Origin: Phoronis australis
Taxonomy: Eukaryota > Animalia > Phoronida
Direction of reading: 5' to 3'
Length of the DNA stretch: 64,000 nt
Assembly: GCA_002633005.1 (NCBI GenBank)
Contig: NMRA01000080.1
Location: forward strand, 339,291-403,290
Shown here: positions 51,701-63,415 of the stretch, in pieces
Numbering within the stretch: the first letter of the stretch is position 1
Layout of the letters: every line of letters begins with the position of its first letter
The notes under the pieces: generated by a model
What the model saw: the letters and a program-made list of their open reading frames with translations, nothing else
Told to the model about the DNA's origin: nothing
Database searches by the model: none
Program-made: the position numbers and the translations under genes

Positions 51701-54700
51701 AAAAACAAAAAATAAGTGACATTAAGAAACATTACTTCAATCATATGCCATTCTGTAGTAGAAAAACTCAGCATTTTCAAACATTGCTAGTCGTTTATAA
51801 ACATGGCTTAGATATTAGAGTTTTTTGGTTGAACACAACCCAAAATATTTGAACATGGCTGAGGACATTTCCAACACAGTTCAGCATCAGGTTTCAACAC
51901 CAGTAGGACAACCACACCAGCTGTAAAATATGCTCAGGATTGATTGAAAACAAAAAATGCCAGGGAGATAAAACTTCAAACCCATTCTTGGATTTTGGAC
52001 AATACATGCCAAAACAAAATATATTGTTATTAATACAGATAGTTTATAGCAAAAGCATAATACATGTAATGCAAGAGCACGCACCCCAAGATCGTCTGGC
52101 ACACTCCGCTTTCGAATGAATGAACAACACAAATATGAGAACAAACACTGGGTTTCGCTCATAGTCTGTATGAGATTAAATTTTGTAAAACACCATAATA
52201 TTTAGTGTGAATCTTGGTTATTTGTTTGTTTAACAATATCAAAATCGACAAATACTTGACAAGGGAAACTCAAATATGTGGTATTGCTCAGAAGCAAAAA
52301 ATGCAAACATGACCATTGGTATAAAATGAAACATCCAATTCTATTTGTGCCGTGTACTAAAACTAGAATTTCCTCATACTTAGAATTGTTCCCTCTATTG
52401 ATGCTATGGCCAAAAATGCACAGAATGTTGTTAGTCTATTCAATATATTTTTAGTGCTTTCAGCAATCACTCACATGAACTCTGCTAAAGGAAAGTTAAT
52501 AGTCTTTTCAAGAAAAAGCCAGCTATGTGCCCACCTATTGTCAAAAAGTACCTTTGACTTAAACCAAGTACCCCATGGTAATAAAACTGGGGCTCATTCT
52601 AAGAAAACTGACTTGGCAAAGACAAATCTTGATTTTCAGATCATTGTCCATGGTAAGAAAGAGATCATAAGTTTGACGCAAGTTTTTTTTACTTAGTTTT
52701 GTCCCTTAATTTTAACTAACTTACTGGATTTGGAAATTTCAAAGTTTGGAAGATGAGGCAAATCTTAGACAAGACAAAATTGAACTTAAGTCAGTTTGTT
52801 GGAATGGGCCTCTGGTCTCAAACTAATCCATAATACTTGGATAAAAAATGATTTCTCAGCTTGGGTATAACTGACCTGGCTCAATGAACAATCTTGGACA
52901 GCGACTCATTCTAAGCAATGTGCATGGTCTCAAGCACTTTATCTAATGAACTGTCGGTTCTTCTCAAGCACTTCTGAACTGTCAGTTAGTTTCAAGCACT
53001 AGTGAAGTGTCAGTTCGTCTCAAGCACTAGTGAACTGTCGGTTTGTCTCAAGCACTAGTGAACTGTCAGTTCGTCTCAAGCACTAGTGAACTATCAGTTT
53101 GTCTCAAGAGCTAGTGAACTTTCAGTTCGTCTCAAGCACTAGTGAATTGCCAGTTCTTCTCTAGCCCAGAAACAACCGACTCCTAATTTGAGTAATGAAC
53201 AAGCTGAGACCAGAATCATATCGAGTGATTGAAATCCAAAATTCAATATTCAGAACAGTCTCCATACCTTCAGTGGACGTCCTAAGTGCAGTGAGCTGTT
53301 CTTCTGTGCTGACCAGATAACCAGGCTGCACCAGCCATCGCACCAAACTCTTCCTGAAACATGAGACATTGCGGTATTGTAGAACATTTGATTTTTGTGA
53401 ACTTCAACATGGAGCGAACAACAACTTATTAATAATATTTAAAATGACTTATTCTTATTAAAATGACATATGCAGAAAATTGAATTTTGGGCCTAAAAAG
53501 CGAGGCCCCCAATATTAATATAGGAGGCACCGCCGAAAGGCGGCCGAAGAGCGGGGCCCCCTATATTAATATAGGGGCCCCGCCGAAAGGCAGCCGAAGA
53601 GCGGGGCCCTCTATATTAATATAGGAGGGCCCCGCCGAAATGTGGCCGAAGAGCGGGGCCCCCTATATATATATAAATATAGGGGGCCTCGCTTTTTAGG
53701 CCCAAAATTCAATTTTCTGCATATGTCATTTTAATAAGAATAAGTCATTTTAAATAATAAGCTGTTGAACGTGGTGTGAATGTCGAGTAAAAATGTGAAA
53801 TGAATATGATGTGAATATGGAGATTAATGAACCAACACATGTTAAAAACTATTTTTTTAAATTTAGACTTAAATAGTAAAGTGAAAAAGCTCTTGCCCAT
53901 CCCACAACATACACCAAATTAACTAATACCCCACTGTATAAGACAGACTGGAGCTTGACTTTGAAAACCAGTCATCAGCTATAACAGCTCTTGTAAGTTA
54001 CTGATTGTGCAAATTTCATGAAATCCTGCCAGAAAACTTAGTAATTATTATAGATATGTCATGATCCCAGTTTGCTGTCAAAAGCTCTTTTGCTTCACCT
54101 TTGCACTCATTTCTCTACTTTGTCATACCTATCTTCATTTTTCAGCTTCTGTAAGTCATTCAAAAGATTCACAACAGATGGTGCATCCCTCTTTTTCTTC
54201 TGTTCACTATTACTCTTCATCTCACCACATAAGGACTAGCAAAAAGAAAACTCCTGGTCAGAACACCATGTCTGGACAACAGACAATATCAGAGACATTA
54301 ATTTTAAGTTGATTTAGAATCAAGTTGAAACCATTTCTGACTTTTACTTAAAGACAAATATTACATGGTGCACAAGTTTACTAGACAGTCAATTCACCTA
54401 CTCTGTACGCACAACCAAGAAAAACATAAAATTACCAAAATGTTATCAAAAAAAAAAACACTGACGAAAATCATGTTGTTAGAAAAAACAATTTGTGACA
54501 TTTGTTTCAAATATATTAAATTAAAAATACTTTGAATAACGTAACTAAGTTCACCCGCATTTTGTCACAGTACCCCAAACAAGGTCCAATTTGACGGTTC
54601 TCTGTACCAAAATCTACAAACCTGTCACAAAATAGTTAAAATGTTCGTGCAGGCTAAAACATGTCCAATCATTGGGTGCTTTCTAGCACTTTTTGGGCTT

Positions 54701-57700
54701 AACTCCAATTATTGTACATTATATTGTAAATTAGTATAAAATATTAACATTTAAAAAATTGTGACCCAGATCACGTGATGCACGCACTAACCAAAACAAC
54801 TATCTCACTGTGTGATTAAGGATAACACAACGGCTGGTCACCTGATATTTGCGAGGTCAAGTTTTGAAAAAAAGGCATCAAAACATTGATCGCATTACAT
54901 TTCGTAAATTCACAAATGAACCAAATTTATTGGGTAATAATATTTGAATGACTTGTGTAGAGATATTTCGCGAAACAACCAGAAAATGTAAGATTGGCAG
55001 AGGTAAGTAGACTGATTGATAATCTTTAAATTTAATTTGTACTTTAAATACTAGATAAACTAGATAAAAAGCCACTGTCGACATTTTGTCAACTGTTTTG
55101 AACACCAATTAGTATCTACCTGATATTGCTGCTGTTGATATTGCACTAGAATATCCTGTATATACTGGTCAGTGCTAGTCTCACCAGTCGTCTGGTCTGA
55201 GGAATCATCCCAGTACTCCTTCTGAAAATACACATCGAGTACAATCTTTAAATTAGGTTCATGATCAGTGTTCTGACGTAACGCTTCATCTTTCTTGATG
55301 ACCGTTACAACAGTTTGAATTCAACATTTTACAAGCACTGATCTTATGCGCAATTTTTGGGTGCATTGTCAAGATAGCGAATTTTCATAGATGTAAGAAG
55401 ACAGATACAACAGGAAGCTTTGACTCATAGAAATAATTGGATGTTGAAAGTTTGCAACCACTTTTCAAGTTCACCGTCATAGTCTCATCTCACCCATGCT
55501 GATAGTGTACCTAGTAGAAAGCTTTTTAACATTTGTGTCAATAATCATCAAATACAATGAAAGAGTAATGCGAATAGGGCGGATTTTCAAAATTGATGAT
55601 AAGATAGTGTTTAGCAACTGATCATTAATTAGACAATTGGATGTTAAGGTACTAACAACCAAATTTTGTCACCATGAGTCAAAATATCATTTTAAATACT
55701 TTGAATACATTTTGAACACATCAAACGAAACATTTATAAAATTCTTGATGATCATAATGTGCGCACAAAAAACTCCAGAATGTTTGTTGCCGGTCGCAAC
55801 GTTGACTGACTATATTTTTACTACAAAATAGCATCATTAGTCATAGATTTAAAAACAATAGTCAAATATTTTCTGAATTATCGATGACTGAAACATCCGG
55901 CTAATTTAGCAGCCTTTTAAAGCTGCACAATCATTTAGAAACATGTGGTAGCTATTTTAAATTTGTTTTCAACATTAATAACTAAAAAATTAAAAGCACT
56001 CTATTTATGCAGAGAACTGTCTAAGATCTCTGTTATTTACCCTAAAACACACACATCAGCCATAAAAAATGATGCACTAAATATTTTTGGCAACCAAAAT
56101 CTCCATTGTTCGAGGAAAATAAAAAATCTGAGACATTTTCCCCTTGGCCATTGCTCATTAAGTGTGCACAATTTCATGAGAATCGACCAATGAACTATAA
56201 AGAAATTCTGATCCGAATTAAAGAGTGTGAAGACTGGAGCACATCATTCACTAATGCTGTTTTTAGATATAAAACTAACTCTATAGCCTTCCAGGATTAT
56301 AGGGATGAGACATCAGTGAAACAAAAAGAATTTTCTCTAAGAGCAACGATGCAGTGACTGAGAAAAAGACCAGTATGGACTCATCAACTTCTTCTGAAGA
56401 CAAAAATTTTTTCAAGATGAGCAGTCGATTATTCATACGGAAACGTGCCGATGATGACATTATCACATGTGTCTGAAATCACATAGCCAGTCTTACCTTG
56501 AGCCATGTTAGGGCCGTCTCGGCTGCCAGTCGTAACATTGGCAGGGCTGGCATGTGTGAATGAGTGGCGTCATGGCGCAGGTCTACAAGCCACATGGGAA
56601 GGCCCAACTGAAAGGAGATGAGACTGTAATGAGATCAAGGTAAACTTTGGATATGCGCCCGCCGTGTGCACAGCAAACGGAAAAGATGTAAAGAGTGCTC
56701 ATTTTTTCAAACACACACCAGAGTCAGCAATGCTAAGTGAACTTAAAATTAAATTAATATGGTGCAGTGATAGTTATCGGAAAATTGACAAATGCAATCT
56801 TGGTAGTGAAATTGCCACAAAATCAGATCTGACAGAATGTCGATGCGAGCCAAAATTGCAACAGGGGGCGCACAGCAAGTCAGATCTGACAGAATGTTGA
56901 TGCAAGCCGTGCTCTCATTAGCAGCAATCGATTCTACCAAATTGCATGACGATTCTTTAAAGAAATTCAGATACCAACGAAGGCACAAATAATAAAACAG
57001 CCACTAGGATGCATAGCAGTAGTTAAACTTATCTAAAAGTTAACTTGATCCATGCTCTCCAACCATGTCAAGTGTCATATAACACGAGAGTCATGGCATA
57101 AGAAACAGAATTACTACTTTGTCATGTCCGACTATTTCCGTATTCAGTGAATCAGTTTCGGCACGATCAAGATTGAGCGCTTGACTTTTGATGATAACTC
57201 AATATTTCTGATTGGCAAATTTTATGAAGGCTACATACTTGTGACTTATCTTTGACGAAAATTCAACACAGAGAAGAACACTTAGTTTTCAATATTTGAA
57301 AAAACAGCATTGTGTGTGTCGCTTCAATATGATTTTGAGAAGTACCTTAAGCAAAAACAGAATTGAAGATTTAGACTAGAATTACAGGGTTTTGTTTTTT
57401 ATTCAACTAAGCGCATTCAATTACCAGAGAATTTTCTGTAAACAAGATCAACCAAGTACATACTCAGGGGAGTACAACAAGGAAACCTTCCCAAAAACAC
57501 AAGGGCAAATATTTAGGGGAAATTATGCACAGATGATGCCTAAAATTACCCCAGTTTTACACCTAGAAAAATACACCATAGCCACAGAAACTACCTTTTA
57601 AGCGGATGCTAAGTATTGAAAGCAACCTTCCAATAAACAATACATTACTGTTGCCGTATTTTAGTCAGGAGAGTGTCTCATGAATTTTCCACTTGATGAG

Positions 57701-60217
57701 TGTAAGATATAATGGTCAGATGAGCTTATATTCGCCACATTTAAATAAAATATGCACAGACAAACCTGTGGATTCGGCTATTGAACTTGAAAATGCCAAC
57801 TACCTAAAAATACCCCAGGCTTGTTTACAGAAAACTCCATTAGTAAGTCACATCAATATATTTTTTTGCTTTACTTTTAATTTTTTTTTTTTGAAGCAAT
57901 ATTAACATATCTTGCACACCTACCTCTTGTGCAATGACATGTGTAGGAGCTGCAAACTGCTTCGACTGTTGAGACTCTGTCAGAAGATTGACAAACCTTA
58001 AAAAAATAATAAGGATCACAGATATCATACCATTCAGATTACTTTGCTAATATGATAATATATAAAACAAGTGTTTTTCGCAATTACGTAGCATTATGCA
58101 AAATTATTCGAGTCGTTAAAGAACCTAGCTTTGGTAGAGTTCACTAAATGACAATTGTAAAAAACTAATAAAGGTTTACACTCGCATTATCAGAATAAAG
58201 TTTGCACGAGATACGGCACCTTGCGTATCATTTTCAAACCATGCAGCCTATAACAATTACTAGTACACATTTCTCAACCAGCAGTGGGTGATCCTCAGTC
58301 TTGTGGCCAAATCAGCTTGTTCAGGCAAGGTATGGCACAGGGGAGATAATAACTAAATATCCTGTAATGGCTGAGATGCACAACCCCAGTGCTAACAAAA
58401 ACTAATGAGTAGACAGACAATGGTTTCATAGAATTCTGTTTACATTTCACAATGCACTCAACGGCAAATTTTTAGCACTTGTTGTGTTATGTAAGGCAAG
58501 CTTTTGTCATTTCCTGGGTAATCAGGACTTGGAATGATGAATGACAAAATAAAGGAAAAATTTCCAGGTGATATATCGTTCTACAAATTAATAGGCACAA
58601 ATTAATAGACAGAAATATTTTTTGTGTTGTAAGATTTAACTGAAATAAGCATTTTTGCCTGATTAAAGACAACATAATTACAACAAGAGACGAAAAATGA
58701 AGAAACTGCAAATCAAACATAGTCAAGAGGAGACTGAAGCCAAAACAGGAAATCCTCTTAAAAGAGGAAAATTCCAAGCCCTGGTAATTGAGTTGATCAC
58801 AATCAAAGACTCAGCCGACTACATGCCTGACTAATGCTGTGGCATAGGAGAGACTGATCCTCTGTTCATCAAAAGCGTCTGCTCCATCATGCGACTCCTG
58901 GTTCTTGTTTACCGCCTTAACGTCATCAACTGCAGCTCTCACCAAAAATGATGTGCACTCTATAACCTTCGGGAGCTTAAAGCTTGTCCTGAAACGAATA
59001 CACTTTTAAGTTACGCGGAACAGCATTACGCTTTAAAAAGCGAAATGATGTTCTGTTCAGCTGGCTAAAACCAAAAATCACATTAGGCATCTTACTCTCA
59101 AAAAACTGGTTTCATAACATTCCTCACAGTGATAGAAATCGATTTCTGTTACCAAAAAGGGCATCGAAAACAACCATTACTCAAGAAAACACTTCAGTCA
59201 ATTAGGGTTGCCTAACCCTAAAATTCCAAATTCGAAAATTACACATCTACATGGAATCCCACTGATTTTAGAGTAAAAGGCTCAATTCAATTTTTGTTTT
59301 TTCACTTATTAAATACGTTAAAACACAGCTTCACCTACAACAAATGAATAAAATGATAAAACTAACAAAAGAGACAACCTGACTCACAATCATAACTGCC
59401 AAGTGTCAATATGCCTCACCATGTGCATCACATACACGCAGGTACAATGGATGCTGTCGCCTTAGTAACTTAGTTGCCATATTACATGGAGATCCATCAA
59501 AGAACTTGGTAGATATTGATCCGAAGGTAAAATAATTGCCCTTGGGTACACAACAGCAATTGTACCAACCAGAAATCATCATCAGCTGAGCAAAGTGCTG
59601 CATGACTCTTTAAGGTCACGCTTCTGTGAATACCTCCTGCGGAGACCTTTGGATGCCATTTGTGCAGAATGTGGCCAATGCGTAAGCATTCCGCTAAAAG
59701 CATCGACTGTACGAGTTAAGGGTTTGTTGGAGCTTGCTCACTTCAAACATCTTTAGGATTTCAGTTATGGAAAACAGTGCATTGATGCTTAGAAATGAAA
59801 ATTTGGAATACTGAAGATCGAGTAATTTGCACACCATGGATGACTGTGGAATGTAAATTTACAGAAAGGAAGATTAGCTGGACACGAGAACAAGAGGTCC
59901 GATTGGAGCCAAGTTTGAACGTTTGCCCAAGCTATGCCTGATTTACCACAGAGGGAACACAAACGCAAAAACAGCTTTGTTCACTACTAGTAGCTAGTAC
60001 CAACCTTGACTATAATTCAGACAGTGGTGGCTGCAAGAAACTACATGGATGTATAAGAGAAGACAGCGCTAACTACGAGCCAATGCTAAGGAATGTCAGC
60101 ACAGGAAAATAGGATCGAACATACCTACTAGTCCAAGCTAAAATGCGACCAAGAGCGTGATTCCTGAGTTCGGTATCGCAGCTGAACAGCTCCTGGCCAA
60201 TCTGGCACCATTCATTC
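39628..60217 (-). CDS. LAS1L: LAS1-like ribosome biogenesis HEPN endoribonuclease, 5'-partial; 13 exons located, about 516 aa
   Basis: Phase-consistent exons give EW..I...LF....RNHALGRILAWTSR, LPKVIECT, YATALVRFVNLL, LPMWLVDLRHDATH (HEPN RxxxxH), WLKKEYW, GYLVSTEEQL, FW.P, YTVQDL, W..S..IKW..VPIG and a terminal VQLL*, all collinear with LAS1L as recalled. Confidence 0.93.
40499..40736. mobile_element. hAT-like MITE, copy 1 of 3
   Basis: CAG...CTG termini, TATCAT direct repeat on both flanks, internal similarity to 45168-45364 and 58523-58783. Confidence 0.65.
41150..43020 (+). mobile_element. Highly decayed L1/Tx1-like LINE ORF2 relic
   Basis: A-rich strand with broken RT-like fragments (LIPKP, DIEKA, YADNT, W...LLGR..IKT) and many stops and frameshifts. 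Confidence 0.5.
44898..45054 (-). CDS. LAS1L: LAS1L exon
   Basis: gttacag|..SIKWHEVPIGGVLG...DLELP...SEL AG|gtaatc. Confidence 0.85.
45168..45364. mobile_element. hAT-like MITE, copy 2
   Basis: AGGGCTTGGAAT ... ATTCCAAGCCCT inverted termini; shared internal sequence. Confidence 0.65.
46679..46762 (-). CDS. LAS1L: LAS1L exon
   Basis: ttttaag|..DADVEMQ...FQPWTLSE A|gtaagt. Confidence 0.82.
47664..47913. mobile_element. PIF/Harbinger-like MITE, copy 1
   Basis: ctg-GGGCCCATTCCAAGAAAACTGACTTA ... TAAGTCAGTTTCCTGGAACGGGCCC-cag; CWG flanks. Confidence 0.75.
47956..48107 (-). CDS. LAS1L: LAS1L exon
   Basis: tttcag|A ILACHPD...EQDRLFMLMDTY...IYTVQDLTSQAH G|gttggt. Confidence 0.82.
48985..49108 (-). 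CDS. LAS1L: LAS1L exon
   Basis: ttttag|..EPSNES...CLPWREVVRKCALEPCKGTRELIN AG|gtatta. Confidence 0.85.
49604..50678 (+). mobile_element. HINE/Helentron-like non-autonomous element, copy 2
   Basis: 5' hairpin CAACGC-GGA-GCGTTG; subTIR ATGCGCCCACA (49628) / TGTGGGCGCAT (50661); (GACG)n microsatellite at 50577-50625; 3' hairpin CCACATA-TAAA-TATGTGG followed by an A-run. Confidence 0.8.
50986..51177 (-). CDS. LAS1L: LAS1L exon
   Basis: cttgcag|..ILDNNELPVDLIQFWWPVIKTL...AGWISCLASASAK G|gtgaca. Confidence 0.87.
52587..52814. mobile_element. PIF/Harbinger-like MITE, copy 2
   Basis: Same TIR family as 47664-47913; CTG direct repeat on both flanks. Confidence 0.7.
52928..53163. repeat. 28-bp minisatellite (tctcaagcactagtgaactgtcagttcg), about 8 copies
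   Basis: Direct tandem copies with no spacers. Confidence 0.9.
53268..53353 (-). CDS. LAS1L: LAS1L exon
   Basis: tttcag|G KSLVRWLVQPGYLVSTEEQLTALRTSTE G|gtatgg. Confidence 0.88.
53436..53756. repeat. 321-bp nested palindrome: perfect 75-bp arms around three GC-rich hairpin units
   Basis: 53436-53510 is the exact reverse complement of 53682-53756. Confidence 0.95.
54129..54235 (-). CDS. LAS1L: LAS1L exon
   Basis: ttttgctag|SLCGEMKSNSEQKKKRD...LKNED AG|gtatga; bridges phase 0 to phase 2. Confidence 0.8.
55120..55221 (-). CDS. LAS1L: LAS1L exon
   Basis: tttcag|KEYWDDSS...IQDILVQYQQQQYQ|gtagat. Confidence 0.87.
56497..56607 (-). CDS. LAS1L: LAS1L exon with the HEPN catalytic motif RHDATH
   Basis: tttcag|LGLPMWLVDLRHDATHSHMPALPMLRLAAETALTWLK|gtaaga. 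Confidence 0.95.
57924..57996 (-). CDS. LAS1L: LAS1L exon
   Basis: ttttaag|G FVNLLTESQQSKQFAAPTHVIAQE|gtaggt. Confidence 0.92.
58523..58783. mobile_element. hAT-like MITE, copy 3
   Basis: CAGGACTTGGAAT ... ATTCCAAGCCCTG; GTAAT on both flanks. Confidence 0.65.
58827..58988 (-). CDS. LAS1L: LAS1L exon ending in a GC donor
   Basis: tttcag|G TSFKLPKVIECTSFLVRA...ISLSYATALV AG|gcatgt. Confidence 0.9.
60125..60217 (-). CDS. LAS1L: LAS1L exon (first one located)
   Basis: cttatag|G NEWCQIGQELFSCDTELRNHALGRILAWTS AG|gtatgt. Confidence 0.9.
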
Positions 60218-60509
60218 CTATAAGCACACAAAAAAGTATACATTACCATGAAATTTCATTCTTGATCAAATGTTTGTCAAAACCTGATCGCATATTAAAA
60301 GTAAGCTCTACCCCAGGCAGGTTCCCTTTCAGAATAGGTCTAAGGATCATCAAACAAAAGCAAATAGGTTCAGTTGGATCCTGTTTTGACAATTTCATTT
60401 CACTATTCCTTTCACGAGACCAGCTTGGAAAGAAATCGGGCCCATAGCACAAAAAGACTATTTTTACATTTGCCATGTTAAGATAGATTCAGTTGACTTA
60501 AACTAATAA

Positions 60510-60767
60510 AAAAGAATGTGGGTGGCCTTATGTGATTTGCAGTGCATCAGACAAAAGAATGCATGTGGCCTTATGTCATTTGCAGTGCAGCAGACAAAAG
60601 AATGCATGTGGCCTTATGTCATTTGCAGTGCATCAGACAAAAGAATGCATGTGGCCTTATGTCATTTGCAGTGCAGCAGACAAAAGAATGCAAGTGGCCT
60701 TATGTCATTTGCAGTGCAGCAGACAAAAGAATGCATGTGGCCTTATGTCATTTGCAGTGCAGCAGAC
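60510..60767. repeat. 43-bp minisatellite, about 6 copies
   Basis: aaaagaatgcatgtggccttatgtcatttgcagtgcagcagac repeated head to tail. Confidence 0.93.
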
Positions 60768-61339
60768 GTGCGCAGGCCTCCCGACTGGGCCTTAATGTGA
60801 CAGTTTAAACTCAAAAACTTATACACATGACGTGTGGCAGTGGTTTTACAGAGAAAGCTGAACAATTTAGGATTCAATATGGCGAAACTAAAACATAGTT
60901 TCTTCATTTCTTTCACAAAATATTACATTCTATACCTTTAAGTAGCTAGCTCCAGACAAAGTTATGAAAACTTGTGGGCATTCAGAACAGTACCAAAAAG
61001 TCTTTGAAATGTGAAAACGTATCAATATTGGTGATCATATTTGTATTTAGGTTGACGAGATTCTAGTATTTTCTTCCCGACCAGCAAATGATGCTGGAAA
61101 ACAAATGTTGAGCACCAGGACTTGACACAGTGACCTGCTACCTTATATCAGCTGAGCTTCATATGCTTGCAACCACAACTATGGAGACAACTTGACACGT
61201 GAACAACACTATTGTAGGCAATTACACCACCGTGCGGTAACTTTTTGTCTCTAGGCCGACCTTTTCACGGAATTGCCCATATGGGGGAAATGTTTTGTGT
61301 GTACACATAGAATATTGCATTTACAAATGTTGAAATCCA

Positions 61340-62200
61340 TATTCCAGGATTTCCCAGGAGGCTAGGGAGTCTAAGTCTTGTTGACATATTTGGCAATTAT
61401 GTGGGGAAGCAGTAGGTCTATAGAGGACTGCATCATTGGCATAGAGACGGAGATTTGAAGGAATAGAATCAGGAAGGTAGTTAATTTTAAGTATGAAGAA
61501 TGCAGGACCAAGGCCATAACCCTAGGGTGCCCCTGACTAAACTGGGGAAGAATCTGAGAACTTGCCATCGACACTCTGTGTTCTATGAGATGGAAAGCAT
61601 GAGATCCAATTGTGAGTGAGACCCTTTCACCATAGCATCTGATCTTCTCCAAGAGTCTTGCACAACATACCTTATCAAAGGCTTTGCAGAAGGCCAGCAC
61701 CACGACATCGGTTTAAGTGCCTGCCTCCATAGTTTGTAGTAGGTCATCTATGAAGGTGACACATTGTGTTTTGTATGATCTACAGCTATGACAACCATGC
61801 TGACAGGTGCAAAGCATATTATATGTGTCAAGATGTGGCATAGTGTTAAAGACAACTATGTGCTCCATAAGTCTGGAGCCTATGCAGGTGAGTGATATTG
61901 AGCAGTAATTTGAACCCAAGGCTTCATAGTCTTTTTTAAAGATGGGTATTACATTTGCAGTTCGCCATTCTGACGGGAGAGAAGATGATCGATAGCACTT
62001 GGTAAAAATATCCTGCTTTAAGAATGTGAGCAGATACTTCATCTGGCCCAGCAGATTTATGACGATTGAGGTTCTGCAACATTTGCTGATACCGTCATTG
62101 GAGAAAGTTATACCAAGCATCGAGTTATAGGCCTATATGCCTGTAGTGGCTAGTGCCTTTGTTATGTTGGGCATATCTGTACCATTGTCTTTTGTGAAGG
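61340..62200 (-). mobile_element. Decayed non-LTR retrotransposon (CR1/L2/Jockey-like) reverse transcriptase fragment
   Basis: EWRTANVIPIFKK, NY.SISLTCI..RLMEHIV, QHG and KAFDKV motifs, broken by frameshifts. Confidence 0.85.
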
Positions 62201-63155
62201 CCAAGGTAGAACGTGAATTTTCCTAACACAGGTAACTAATTTAGTTTAGTCAAGGACGTCACTTTTTACTCACATCGGCGTAAAGCTGTATATTTAGTAT
62301 ATGGGCAGCTTTGCATGAAGACTACCACCCGGCATGACGACATGTGGGCAACACTGTTGGCCGGTTAGGGTCTACAATACTTCCCATCGCTTTCTGTACT
62401 AATTTCGTCCCGTGAATTTTAAACGGGCGGTAGGTGAAATCTGCTCACCAATTAAGAGTTTCACCTCTTCAAAAATACATTCTACACTTAAAACTACCAC
62501 TAACTTTCTTCAGTGATCCTTTCTCCTTCTACACATATCTTCAATGAAGCTTAATTATAAGAATTAAGGTGACTTTGGAAAAGAATTCCAACTCCACTTT
62601 TTAGGTCACCATTATTTTTTTCACCGTGCGCGCGATAACCGCAAAATATTTCAAATGAGTCCCGTGAGTAAGGCAAAGGCTAGCGCGAGACTGAACAAAG
62701 CGCGTGATGTGGCGCGTGACACTTGTAAAATAGCATGGGAAGATATCAGGTGAAATTTGTTACATTTGTGTCCCTTGGACTTTTTTCTTTGTCAACAGGC
62801 ATGATTTCATGTAACTTCCTCAAAATGGCACCCGGTAAGAGAAACTCGAGTGAACCGCGATCAGATTTTCATGGATATGTTAAAGTCAGTTATGTTGACT
62901 AAATGTGTTAATTATAACTCTATGAGCATATCTGCATGTTTCACTCGACTTTATTTGCTGAATTTCAGGTCGATAAGAATTTAGATAGTAGATCTCTAGA
63001 TAACATGAACCTAGGCAGTGACTGCTGGGACATAGGATGGTGGAGCTCCTATAGGCGCTTCATATGCCGAAAGCTTTTCGGCGAATTATGCCTTGCAATG
63101 ACTAAAATATCGAAGTCACATTGTTATAAATACGTTTTGCTCACAAAGGGACACC

Positions 63156-63415
63156 TTGATGTATGTAATTTCTTCCAACTCAAACAAATACACCCGTTAT
63201 CAAACCTTTTCTTCGAGCAGTCCCTTGTTCAGTTCCCAAAATCAGTAACTCACCATTTTTAATACTCCCCACGCCAGGGGATATGACATCATACCACCTG
63301 GCACAGTGTTAAAAATGGTGAGTTACCAATTTTAGAAACTGAATGAGGGAGTGCTCAAAGAAAAGGTTTGATAACGGGATTATTTGTTTGAGTTGGAAGG
63401 AATTTAATACATCGA
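63156..63415. repeat. Long imperfect palindrome (foldback MITE)
   Basis: cttccaactcaaacaaatacacccgttatcaaacctttt...gtaactcaccatttttaa is mirrored by ttaaaaatggtgagttac...aaaaggtttgataacggg...tgtttgagttggaag. Confidence 0.8.

Noticed and set aside
52928-53163. Palindromic 28-bp repeats resembling CRISPR direct repeats
   Set aside because: The units are contiguous with no spacers.
53520-53665. GCCGAAAGGC..CCGAA resembles hammerhead ribozyme stem II
   Set aside because: I see no CUGANGA catalytic core on either strand.
60510-60808. Three overlapping Cys-rich ORFs; CRISPR-like periodicity
   Set aside because: A 43-bp tandem repeat without stops cycles through all three frames. It has no unique spacers, no cas genes, and lies in a eukaryotic non-coding context.
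61105-61160. Possible tRNA-like or SINE head on the minus strand
   Set aside because: The A/B boxes are too degenerate and no cloverleaf can be drawn.
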